This document shows, piece after piece, positions 1-6,780 of a stretch of DNA of 14,002 nt. The notes beneath the pieces are model-generated. The model did not search any database and was not told the origin of the DNA. It saw only the letters and a program-made list of their open reading frames with translations. Numbering within the stretch: position 1 is the stretch's first letter; the number at the start of each line of letters is the position of its first letter. This DNA comes from a virus (taxonomy: Duplodnaviria; Heunggongvirae; Uroviricota; Caudoviricetes). Location of the stretch: positions 1-14,002 of IMG/VR virus record IMGVR_UViG_2695420617_000005; one strand, given 5' to 3'. Both the position numbers and the translations under genes were made by a program.

Positions 1-102
1 TCTTTTCCTTTACTTTCTTTTTCTTTTTTGTGTGTTCTGCCCTTCCTTTTTTTCCTTTTTTTTTTCCGCTTTCGGCGCCCCCCGAGATCTACCCCTCTCT
101 TT
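1..102. other. Low-complexity T/C-rich non-biological sequence (read-end junk) preceding an adapter
   Basis: Homopolymer-like T and C runs with no coding or structural logic, immediately followed by a library adapter; the ORF-track translation here (FLFFLFFF...) is meaningless. Confidence 0.6.
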
Positions 103-135
103 TCGTCGTCAGCGTCAGATGTGTATAAGAGACAG
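103..135 (+). other. Nextera/Tn5 transposase adapter ending in the 19-bp mosaic end AGATGTGTATAAGAGACAG
   Basis: tcgtcgtcagcgtcAGATGTGTATAAGAGACAG matches the Nextera read-1 adapter plus Tn5 ME as recalled, with one mismatch in the overhang; ME at 117-135. Genuine sequence starts at 136. Confidence 0.85.
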
Positions 136-279
136 GTTTTCGACGTTACACGCATGATTTTGTCAGCGAAAGAAGAGTTGGCTAATGAAGCGCATCCGAT
201 TGATGGCCTGTCTGGTGAATATGCGGAGAAATCCCTTGAAGAATGGGCGGAACAGATTCGCAAAGGAAGCAGCCAGTGA
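136..279 (+). CDS. 3' fragment of a CDS truncated by the contig/adapter boundary; hypothetical protein (C-terminal 47 aa)
   Basis: Open frame continuing from the adapter junction to TGA at 277-279 (VFDVTRMILSAKEEL...KGSSQ); N-terminus missing. Confidence 0.45.
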   Translation, partial: VFDVTRMILSAKEELANEAHPIDGLSGEYAEKSLEEWAEQIRKGSSQ

Positions 280-566
280 ATATCGACACGACCGTAACGA
301 TCGATACGCTCCTAAATACCGGTCTGGCACTTCTCGGTTGGCTTTACATCATGTCCCGCACATGGCGATGGCTGGGTTCCATTTTCCTAAAACAGTGGAA
401 AAAACGGCGCAAACAGGAACTACGCCAGAAGGCATTAGAAGCGTTCTATGACGCATTTGAGCTTAGCCGCATTGAACCAGGTACAACAGCCAGGATAGCG
501 ACAAAAGGCGACCTGATGATAGTGATGTTCCGACAGGAGAGAGCAGAGAAAGGGGAATCAGCATGA
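276..566 (+). CDS. Hypothetical small membrane protein (96 aa from a GTG start), one predicted TM helix then a basic tail
   Basis: GTG at 276 overlaps the upstream stop (GTGA) and is preceded by AAGGAAG at 263-269. Hydrophobic segment TLLNTGLALLGWLYIM followed by KQWKKRRKQ. Start could instead be ATG 243. Confidence 0.45.
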   Translation: MNIDTTVTIDTLLNTGLALLGWLYIMSRTWRWLGSIFLKQWKKRRKQELRQKALEAFYDAFELSRIEPGTTARIATKGDLMIVMFRQERAEKGESA

Positions 567-1297
567 AATTTTCCAAATTTTCTGAGTTGGTGAATCGTAT
601 TTTGTCCAACAACCACAGCCATCGTCGCGATATGGATGTAACAATCGTTGTTCATTCGCCTGGCAGCATTGGTTCAACACCTTCAGTTGAGGTTCAGTCA
701 ATTCACGCTGGTTTTGATTGGGATTCCGGGAAAGTGCTTATTTTCCCATCACAGCCACTGACCACGCTAACACCAGAACAGATTACTGATATCACTGATA
801 GTGTGCGCAAAGGTCAGTCTTGGCACGCATATCAGGAATACAAGAAGCATCAAGAGCAGTTGGAAAAATTGTCGATTGAACTGGATGCCGCAAAACAGCG
901 CATTGCAGAGCTGGAGGGTAATCGCACGGCGCTGGCAGTGGAGAATGAGCTGGCTCGTAAGGCAGTTCAGGCATTCTGCGATGTTGTTGGCGACAACACC
1001 GAGGTTATCGCTGAGGTGGTTGGGCGAGATGGCGTTCTGGTTATTTTGGAGGCCATGAAGGCAACAGGAAATATGCCAGCCACCGATGCTTTCCTGGCTG
1101 AAGTACGGGCGCAGGGGGTAGAGATGTACGCAGATAACCTCGACAACGTAGCAGGAGACGCAGAACGAGGTGGTTTTGATTATGCCGTTAAGTTTCTACG
1201 CAGTGAAGCGTCTAGTGTACGTTTGTTCGCCGACCAGCTTCGCAAAGGAGGCGACCAGTGGGTAAATCAAAATGCCAGGTTTATGGCAACAAGATAG
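563..1297 (+). CDS. Hypothetical protein, 244 aa, with a central predicted coiled-coil
   Basis: ATG 563 overlaps the upstream stop (ATGA). Heptad-like region EQLEKLSIELDAAKQRIAELEGNRTALAVENELARKA. No motif I can assign. Confidence 0.6.
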   Translation: MKFSKFSELVNRILSNNHSHRRDMDVTIVVHSPGSIGSTPSVEVQSIHAGFDWDSGKVLIFPSQPLTTLTPEQITDITDSVRKGQSWHAYQEYKKHQEQLEKLSIELDAAKQRIAELEGNRTALAVENELARKAVQAFCDVVGDNTEVIAEVVGRDGVLVILEAMKATGNMPATDAFLAEVRAQGVEMYADNLDNVAGDAERGGFDYAVKFLRSEASSVRLFADQLRKGGDQWVNQNARFMATR

Positions 1298-1512
1298 AAC
1301 CGTGTACGACCCTGGCAAAATCCCTTGAGCATGATGCTGAATACACGATGCGAAAAGGTCTGCTGATATACAAAATCTGGAATGAGAGTTTAACTCGCGG
1401 TCCTGATTTTGTGATGTTGCGTTCCGGTGAATTTTCTAAATTACCAGTTCGGGTTTCATTTTGTCCGTTCTGTGGTGAAAGTCTGAAAACGTGGGAGAAC
1501 AGAAATGAATGA
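1258..1512 (+). CDS. Hypothetical small zinc-ribbon-like protein, 84 aa
   Basis: GTG start with AAGGAGG at 1243-1249. Four Cys arranged C6, C16 ... C69-P-F-C72. Overlaps the 3' end of the previous gene out of frame. Confidence 0.5.
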   Translation: MGKSKCQVYGNKIEPCTTLAKSLEHDAEYTMRKGLLIYKIWNESLTRGPDFVMLRSGEFSKLPVRVSFCPFCGESLKTWENRNE

Positions 1513-1816
1513 AATTAAAGAAATACCAGTAGTACGTGATGAATATGGCTACTGGACGCATCCTGAATATGAAAAATTCTGTGACGGTCGGGAATATATT
1601 TCAACGGAAGAGTTTAACGCCTGGATGGAGGAAAATAATCTTCAATACGTCCTCTGCTTCAGAGATGAAGGATGTGCTGACCTTGATGCGTGTGATGCTG
1701 ATATTTCTGCATGGGAACCGGAACGACCAGAGGGCAATGGATGGTTTATTGGTTCAATACATGACACCGAAGATGGCCCGGTTTGTGTATGGCTGAGAAA
1801 TAAGGCCGAAGCATAA
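1505..1816 (+). CDS. Hypothetical highly acidic small protein, 103 aa
   Basis: ATG 1505 in an ATGAATGA overlap with the upstream stop. About 25 Asp/Glu versus about 8 Lys/Arg (net about -17), with Cys/Asp-rich stretch CFRDEGCADLDACDAD. Confidence 0.55.
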   Translation: MNEIKEIPVVRDEYGYWTHPEYEKFCDGREYISTEEFNAWMEENNLQYVLCFRDEGCADLDACDADISAWEPERPEGNGWFIGSIHDTEDGPVCVWLRNKAEA

Positions 1817-1920
1817 AGGCTATAAACCGACTAACAACTAAATACTGAAGATTTAAATCAGAAACGATTTTTATTAAATCCTTAACCGGAGGGATTCCTG
1901 CACCCTCAGAACATCAGGAG

Positions 1921-1938
1921 GCCGCCCGAAAGGGCGGT
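1921..1938 (+). promoter_or_regulatory. GC-rich hairpin (6-bp stem ccgccc/gggcgg, GAAA loop) between an AGGAGG motif and the start codon of the next ORF
   Basis: AGGAGG at 1916-1921, hairpin 1921-1938, ATG at 1944. No U-tract follows, so it does not look like an intrinsic terminator. Confidence 0.4.
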
Positions 1939-1943
1939 AAGAA

Positions 1944-2162
1944 ATGACTACATTATTCAGAAAAGAATATCCGCAAAAAAGTAGGGCGACAGAATTTTTG
2001 TTTCTCATTCTGTTTATCGTATTGATGATACCGATATCCCCTCTAATTTTTGTCTGGGCAATCGGGAAAATAATTGAGCCAGTTACTGAATTGTATAACG
2101 ACGTGGTATGGGCGTCATTCAACACACTGCACAATAAAATTAATCCGTATAAGGAAAACTGA
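1944..2162 (+). CDS. Hypothetical small membrane protein, 72 aa, single TM segment
   Basis: Hydrophobic stretch FLFLILFIVLMIPISPLIFVWAIG. Linear SD spacing is too long (22 nt) unless the hairpin brings SD and ATG together. Confidence 0.4.
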   Translation: MTTLFRKEYPQKSRATEFLFLILFIVLMIPISPLIFVWAIGKIIEPVTELYNDVVWASFNTLHNKINPYKEN

Positions 2163-2163
2163 T

Positions 2164-2427
2164 ATGGCAACTTTGACAAAAAAAGAACGGGCATGGTTGA
2201 ACGAATTACAGGAAGTTCTTGATCGCTGTCCATCACCGAAAAAAATTGGCTTTTACACCATTGGCGATAAAAGCATTTACCTGTATGACCTGCGCCGCAT
2301 GGATGAAATCATGGAGGCTCTTGATAATCGTTCGTCAATGGATTGGTGTGTTGCTGTCCATGATATGAATGCAGGGTTTGATGAAAAGATTTTGTTCCCC
2401 TCATCAGTTGAAAGCACTGCGGGTTAA
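2164..2427 (+). CDS. Hypothetical protein, 87 aa
   Basis: ATG 2164 two nt after the upstream stop, AAGGAAAA 8 nt upstream. The longer ORF-track version from 2074 is probably not the real start. Confidence 0.5.
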   Translation: MATLTKKERAWLNELQEVLDRCPSPKKIGFYTIGDKSIYLYDLRRMDEIMEALDNRSSMDWCVAVHDMNAGFDEKILFPSSVESTAG

Positions 2428-2437
2428 GGAGTAACAC

Positions 2438-3436
2438 ATGACCACTATTACCAAAGAACGTATTGAATTGTTCATTAAAAATCCGCTTGAAAACGGGCTT
2501 ACCCGTGGTGAACAAATGGAACTGGCACGGATTGCACTGGCATCACTGGAAGCAGAGCCTGTTCTGTATCAGTCCTGCACTCGTCCCACCTGGAATAGCG
2601 GTGTTCCGTGGACGGAATGGAAAGAACGAAGTCGTGAGTGCTACGAAGACGATTTGCGCTTTACAGACACGCCTGACCATGCCGGTTGGATATACAAATG
2701 TCGAAAACTATATACCACTCCGCCAGCGCCGATAGCGTTAGAGGCCATTGAAAACGCAATTGAATACATCCGCAGTATCGCTTTTCACATCGATGAAGAC
2801 GATTACCACGGCAAACATATTGCGTATTTCATGCAACAAGCATTGGCCTGGCTGGAAGGGCATTCATGCAGCGACGACAGACTGGGTAAAGCCGAGAATC
2901 AACCAGTACGCGGCAACCAGGCTGCCGAATCCAATCGCAGTAATGAGTGGACTGGCAATCCTGATATTGATAACGCCATCATCATGCTCGACCGCATAGA
3001 TACGCTGGAAAGTTGCGATGATGACCGTATTGAGGCGGTTAAGGCTGTTTTGCGTAGACTGGCTGGCAACTATCCGGATATTCCGGATAGTTCGGTGCCA
3101 GCGCCAGGAAAGGGCGTCACCGGTGAACGTATCCGCATTAAGCCGCATGTTTATCGCGAACTGGTTAACCGTCTCCACGATACAGCGATCAAGTGTGCTG
3201 GCACCCAGCAATTACGAGAAAGAATTAGCCGTGTTTTGGGCGACGTTATTACACCAGATCATCATAAACAAGCCGAGAAAAGTGGCCTGGAAAGGTGTCA
3301 CCTTGAGACGGCATTAAACATTAAGCCGGGGCATACGCTTGGCATTATTGATGCACTATTGGTTCATAAGATGGCCAGGGCTTTATTGCCGCTGGTGGCT
3401 GAAAAGCATGAGGCGGACCATGCCAACGAAAGCTGA
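2438..3436 (+). CDS. Hypothetical protein, 332 aa, acidic, no recognisable motif
   Basis: Strong RBS TAAGGAG at 2424-2430 with 7-nt spacing to ATG. Longest ORF in the left block. Confidence 0.65.
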   Translation: MTTITKERIELFIKNPLENGLTRGEQMELARIALASLEAEPVLYQSCTRPTWNSGVPWTEWKERSRECYEDDLRFTDTPDHAGWIYKCRKLYTTPPAPIALEAIENAIEYIRSIAFHIDEDDYHGKHIAYFMQQALAWLEGHSCSDDRLGKAENQPVRGNQAAESNRSNEWTGNPDIDNAIIMLDRIDTLESCDDDRIEAVKAVLRRLAGNYPDIPDSSVPAPGKGVTGERIRIKPHVYRELVNRLHDTAIKCAGTQQLRERISRVLGDVITPDHHKQAEKSGLERCHLETALNIKPGHTLGIIDALLVHKMARALLPLVAEKHEADHANES

Positions 3437-3704
3437 GTTACAGGCGCGCATAGAGATTCTTGAAAAAGAGAATGCGAGTCTAAAAGGAATGCTGGCACGG
3501 GCGGAAAGGGAATTATCAGGTAAATTATTGCCAGAAGAACTGCCACCAGCAGATATACCAGATCGAGTGTCCCAGTGGATGAAGTCTTTTGGTTTACCGT
3601 GGGAGGCTTTTTGGTGCTACGAGCATCGCAGATGGTGTGATGAACTTGATAGCAGTTTTCCCTACTTTGCGGAAGGGAACACTTGCCCTGAGTGTAGGAG
3701 GTAG
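3420..3704 (+). CDS. Hypothetical protein, 94 aa: N-terminal coiled-coil plus C-terminal zinc-finger-like motif
   Basis: ATG 3420 with GAGG 6 nt upstream, overlapping the 3' end of the previous gene. C-terminal CYEHRRWC...CPEC (C-x6-C-x17-C-x2-C). Confidence 0.5.
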   Translation: MPTKAELQARIEILEKENASLKGMLARAERELSGKLLPEELPPADIPDRVSQWMKSFGLPWEAFWCYEHRRWCDELDSSFPYFAEGNTCPECRR

Positions 3705-3708
3705 CGCG

Positions 3709-3969
3709 ATGTTTCGTCCTCGTCCAATACCGCCGAAAATAACTAATGGCTATCAGCCGAATACTCCAGAAATACAAGGGAGCGAGGGGCTTAAACCACC
3801 ACCAGCACCACGTATTCCGCCTGTAGCAAGGAGCGTATCATTACGACGAGAGTTAATATTAGCCTTGTCGCCCGTTCTGGCTGCCCGCCAGGATTGGGTA
3901 AGTAATGATGACCTGGCAGAAAAAATCACATCGCTGGTGGATAAAATTCTGCATAAAGCTGATCTCTGA
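3709..3969 (+). CDS. Hypothetical proline-rich protein, 86 aa
   Basis: AGGAGG at 3695-3700, 8 nt from ATG 3709. Pro-rich N-terminal half (RPRPIPPK...KPPPAPRIPP). Confidence 0.4.
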   Translation: MFRPRPIPPKITNGYQPNTPEIQGSEGLKPPPAPRIPPVARSVSLRRELILALSPVLAARQDWVSNDDLAEKITSLVDKILHKADL

Positions 3970-3979
3970 TCACCATGCT

Positions 3980-4013
3980 AAAATCCCCTCAATTCACAGA
4001 GGGGATTTTTGTC
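3980..4013 (+). terminator. Rho-independent terminator (11-bp stem, 8-nt loop, U-tract)
   Basis: aaaatcccctc (3980-3990) pairs with gaggggatttt (3999-4009), followed by TTTTTGT. Closes the upstream plus-strand gene string. Confidence 0.6.
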
Positions 4014-4014
4014 T

Positions 4015-4281
4015 ATGTTGTATAGAGTTTTATGGAAAAGCGTTATTGTCGGCGCGATACTGGCTATATCTGGGTGTGCAATGGTGCAATACAACGACGG
4101 TGAAAAGGTAAGCATACAGTCAGATGGTTGGTATGGCCTGGATAGCCTGCAAAAAACCGCAGATAAAGCCTGTCAGCAATATGGGAAGTCTAAAGCTGTA
4201 TATCAGCATAGCGCGAACGCTAATCCCCATCTCGCTCCTGGGTCGGGTGTTCAGAATACCATCTGGAAATGTGAGCTTTAA
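4015..4281 (+). CDS. Putative lipoprotein, 88 aa (signal peptide with lipobox ISGC)
   Basis: N-terminus MLYRVLWKSVIVGAILAISGC fits a signal peptidase II lipobox. Starts 2 nt after the terminator U-tract, with SD-like GAGGGG inside the terminator stem. Confidence 0.6.
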   Translation: MLYRVLWKSVIVGAILAISGCAMVQYNDGEKVSIQSDGWYGLDSLQKTADKACQQYGKSKAVYQHSANANPHLAPGSGVQNTIWKCEL

Positions 4282-4291
4282 ACGTGAGCAA

Positions 4292-4305
4292 CTGCAATAT
4301 TGCAG
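4292..4305. promoter_or_regulatory. Perfect 14-bp palindrome CTGCAATATTGCAG in the gap before the Toprim-like gene; candidate operator
   Basis: Exact dyad symmetry in the 48-bp intergenic gap. Not followed by a U-tract, so more likely a protein-binding site than a terminator. Confidence 0.35.
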
Positions 4306-4329
4306 CTAAAAGCCAGGAAGAACGGAATT

Positions 4330-4854
4330 ATGACAAAATTTGGAAAGCTGGAAGCTCATTTGCTAACTCGTAACTACCGCCATGATATACACCCATATAG
4401 ACAGTGGATCGATGAAAGTGAAGGAGTAGTTACATTCCCTCTATACAGGTTTGATGGGATGTTGGCTGGGTATCAGACATATAGACCAGGTGCTCCTAAG
4501 CAGCATAGCAATCCGAAGATGGCCCGGTATTTCACGCGATCACATGGCAGACAGTTACTTTGGGGAACCTATCTTCCTTTAAAAGATGGCCCAATATGGA
4601 TCACTGAGTCTATTTTTAAGAGCGCAGCTGTACACAACGCGGGCGGCAATTCGTGGGCGCTGTTAGGTTCGACTTTCTCCGCAGGATTACGCCGTCAACT
4701 TGCGATGCTGCCGTATGACTTTCGTGTAATAGGTGACAATGATGCGGCTGGTGAATTACTTGTGAAGTCTTTCGGAAAAGGTTTTGTGGCCCCGGATCTT
4801 GACGAGCTACAACCACATGAAGTGTCTCATTTGATTTTTAGCCATAGCCAATAA
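4330..4854 (+). CDS. Hypothetical protein with a Toprim-like motif pair, 174 aa
   Basis: AGGAAG 9 nt before ATG 4330. Conserved-Glu context WITESIF followed about 50 aa later by VIGDNDAAGE, the E ... DxD arrangement of DnaG-type Toprim domains. Called by eye, not by HMM. Confidence 0.55.
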   Translation: MTKFGKLEAHLLTRNYRHDIHPYRQWIDESEGVVTFPLYRFDGMLAGYQTYRPGAPKQHSNPKMARYFTRSHGRQLLWGTYLPLKDGPIWITESIFKSAAVHNAGGNSWALLGSTFSAGLRRQLAMLPYDFRVIGDNDAAGELLVKSFGKGFVAPDLDELQPHEVSHLIFSHSQ

Positions 4855-4870
4855 GCCTCCCTCCTCCATC

Positions 4871-4917
4871 AAGGCCACAATTTGTGACCTTAAACAATTT
4901 GTTTTCTGCTTTTTCTT
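4871..4917 (+). terminator. Possible weak terminator: imperfect 21-bp palindrome plus T-rich tract
   Basis: AAGGcCACAAtTTGTGaCCTT (4871-4891) then tttgttttctgctttttctt. Sits in the convergent intergenic region; could alternatively be a protein-binding dyad. Confidence 0.3.
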
Positions 4918-4980
4918 ATTTGAGGAAATAACGTTGTTGACAGCTAATAGGCTCGTTGTTGTTATACATGCCTGTATAGA

Positions 4981-5337
4981 TTATGACCGTAAATTATTAG
5001 CGGATTTTAAGCCATATTCACCGTTGTAGAAATTACTCATGTTCCATTCATTAGGAAGTTCTTTTCTGTCCAATGTATAGTGGCGCACGATATAACGATC
5101 TTCATCTTCTTCGATGGACAGGCGGACATAGCCAATGTGAATCACCGATACGGGCGGTGTTCGTATTGCATAGATGTCGCGGAGATATACCGGCAGCTCG
5201 ACAAATGCATCAGGTGCATCTGTGATGCTCGTTTTTTCACAGTATTCATATAACGCATCGTTGATATCGTTAAGAGATTCATGATCGTATATTTCCAGGT
5301 AATTACCGCGATCGCGATGGTACTCGATTTTAGCCAT
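4981..5337 (-). CDS. Hypothetical protein, 118 aa; distal gene of a two-gene minus-strand operon
   Basis: ATG directly abuts the upstream gene stop (TGAATG on the minus strand), with AGGGGA as RBS. Visibly AT-richer than its neighbours, with an acidic patch SIEEDEDRY. Confidence 0.6.
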   Translation of the reverse strand: MAKIEYHRDRGNYLEIYDHESLNDINDALYEYCEKTSITDAPDAFVELPVYLRDIYAIRTPPVSVIHIGYVRLSIEEDEDRYIVRHYTLDRKELPNEWNMSNFYNGEYGLKSANNLRS

Positions 5338-5922
5338 TCAAAATCCCCTGTTATCGTTTTGCATTTCTCTAATCCGGTTCAGAACTACTTCGTGCTGGAC
5401 TTGGATAGCGGCTTTTTCGTTTTCAAGCCGGGCAATAGACATCTCTAATTCTTTGCTGTACCAGGCGAGCTGGGCCAGGTTCATCCGGTTGTGGTCGAGA
5501 GTTGGAGACACTTCGACGCGATCCCTTTCTTCCTGCTTTAATGAGAAGAGATTCATCTCATCCCTTGAGGAAAATTCAGCAACAATTTCTTGTTGATGAT
5601 CCGGTCGCTGCGGCATCCTCGCCAGTATAAATGGCGGTTCTTTTGAAAACATGAATGTCGGTTCAGACCGTGTTTTTACCCAGCTTGCCTGCTGTCTTTC
5701 GGCAAGTTCACAGGCTTCATCATAGTTATCTGCCAAACAAAGCACGGATGGACGGTCCCACGCCCCACCATTCAGACAATAAACTACAATTTTCCCGTCA
5801 GGTTGTGTAACCCCATATGGATGGTCCCACCAGGCGTCCAGCTGAGCTTTAGAGCGTTTCTCGTTAGGAGTGCAGTCAAAATTTTTGGGCAATACAGGAT
5901 CGAGAGGAATGCGATTAGGCAT
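5338..5922 (-). CDS. Hypothetical protein, 194 aa; Cys-containing N-terminal domain and C-terminal predicted coiled-coil
   Basis: AAGGA RBS upstream of the minus-strand ATG at 5922. C-terminal heptad-like region LAQLAWYSKELEMSIARLENEKAAIQVQHEVVLNRIREMQ. Divergent from humD. Confidence 0.65.
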   Translation of the reverse strand: MPNRIPLDPVLPKNFDCTPNEKRSKAQLDAWWDHPYGVTQPDGKIVVYCLNGGAWDRPSVLCLADNYDEACELAERQQASWVKTRSEPTFMFSKEPPFILARMPQRPDHQQEIVAEFSSRDEMNLFSLKQEERDRVEVSPTLDHNRMNLAQLAWYSKELEMSIARLENEKAAIQVQHEVVLNRIREMQNDNRGF

Positions 5923-6058
5923 AGCTAATTCCTTATTAACTGATTGGCAACGAGGTTACGCTGATCCCGCGGTGATGAATAGTAGCAAAGCGCACAAAAA
6001 TCATCAGCGGTGGTTGATGTACATAACGCGTTTGCACCAAAGGTGCTTCTTTAATGTA

Positions 6059-6078
6059 TACTGTACGGATAAACAGTA
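6059..6078. promoter_or_regulatory. LexA (SOS) box TACTGTACGGATAAACAGTA about 20 bp upstream of humD
   Basis: Fits the CTGT-N8-ACAG core with TA flanks. A possible -10 TATACT (6057-6062) overlaps it; -35 assignment is uncertain. Confidence 0.7.
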
Positions 6079-6096
6079 TTTTTGAGGTAAAACGCT

Positions 6097-6486
6097 ATGG
6101 GTTTCCCTTCTCCTGCGGCGGATTATGTTGAAAGCCGAATTTCTCTTGATCAGCAGATAATTAGACATCCATCAGCAACCTACTTCATGCGGGCAGCTGA
6201 TAGCCATCACCGTGAGGGAATATTGCAGGGTGCTTTGCTGGTGGTTGATTCTTCGCTTACTCCAGTTGATGGTTCGCTGCTTGTGTGCGCTATGGAGGGT
6301 GAATATCGCATAAAGAGATACAGGAAGTATCCGCGCCAGCACCTGGAGGATTTAAGCACCGGGAAGAAAGAGGCGTTACCAGTAGATGACGATGGTTACA
6401 CGGGTAGTAATGCTGTTTTTGGTGTGATCACTCATGTCATCAATGATGCCCGGAGTGGGGAGTTTGATGATTGTCCGGTCATTTAA
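6097..6486 (+). CDS. humD: HumD, UmuD'-like translesion-synthesis accessory protein (129 aa)
   Basis: Begins MGFPSPAADYVE, i.e. at the position equivalent to the UmuD'-generating cleavage site (UmuD ...C/GFPSPAADYVE...). HPSATYF and Ser/Lys contexts conserved. GAGG RBS. Confidence 0.9.
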   Translation: MGFPSPAADYVESRISLDQQIIRHPSATYFMRAADSHHREGILQGALLVVDSSLTPVDGSLLVCAMEGEYRIKRYRKYPRQHLEDLSTGKKEALPVDDDGYTGSNAVFGVITHVINDARSGEFDDCPVI

Positions 6487-6558
6487 GCTGCAAAGTGCTG
6501 GTGCTTTATGCCTGTGAAGTTTATAATTGTGTACACATAACGAGTACACGAGGTGTTT

Positions 6559-6780
6559 ATGCAATCCATTAACTTCCGTACCGCGCGCGGCAACCTTTCT
6601 GAAGTGCTCAACAATGTTGAAGCCGGGGAAGAGGTTGAAATCACCCGCAGAGGCCGTGAGCCAGCAGTAATTGTCAGCAAGGCTACTTTCGAAGCCTACA
6701 AAAAAGCGGCGCTGGATGCTGAATTTGCATCCCTGTTTGACACCCTGGACTCCACCAACAAGGAACTGGTTAACCGATAA
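6559..6780 (+). CDS. phd: Phd antitoxin (73 aa)
   Basis: [49 protein letters not shown]... matches P1 Phd as recalled. TAATG overlap with doc. Confidence 0.95.

Noticed and set aside
28-135. N-terminal part of the ORF-track ORF 28..279 (MCVLPFLFFLFFFRFRR...)
   Set aside because: It is translated from low-complexity junk and the Nextera/Tn5 adapter; only the portion from 136 onward is plausibly real coding sequence.
185-1058. Overlapping alternative-frame ORFs (185..451 +, 446..655 -, 792..974 -, 801..1058 +)
   Set aside because: They are embedded in or antisense to better-supported genes with RBSs and translational coupling, and have no start context of their own.
1921-1938. GC-rich hairpin considered as an intrinsic terminator
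   Set aside because: No U-tract follows (taagaaatgac), and a start codon lies 6 nt downstream; more consistent with a translation-initiation structure.
2864-3777. Minus-strand ORFs 2864..3211 and 3364..3777, and plus ORFs 2463..2735, 2748..2999, 3018..3317
   Set aside because: Entirely antisense to or out of frame within the 332-aa and downstream plus-strand genes; no RBS.
4936-4975. TTGACA-containing promoter-like sequence pointing into the 3' end of the minus-strand operon (possible antisense promoter)
   Set aside because: The best -10 candidates are poor (TGTTAT/TTATAC) and no plus-strand ORF follows; cannot be supported from sequence alone.
5870-6085. Plus-strand ORF of 71 aa spanning the divergent control region
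   Set aside because: It overlaps the minus-strand gene start, the LexA box and the humD promoter; most likely a chance ORF in a regulatory region.
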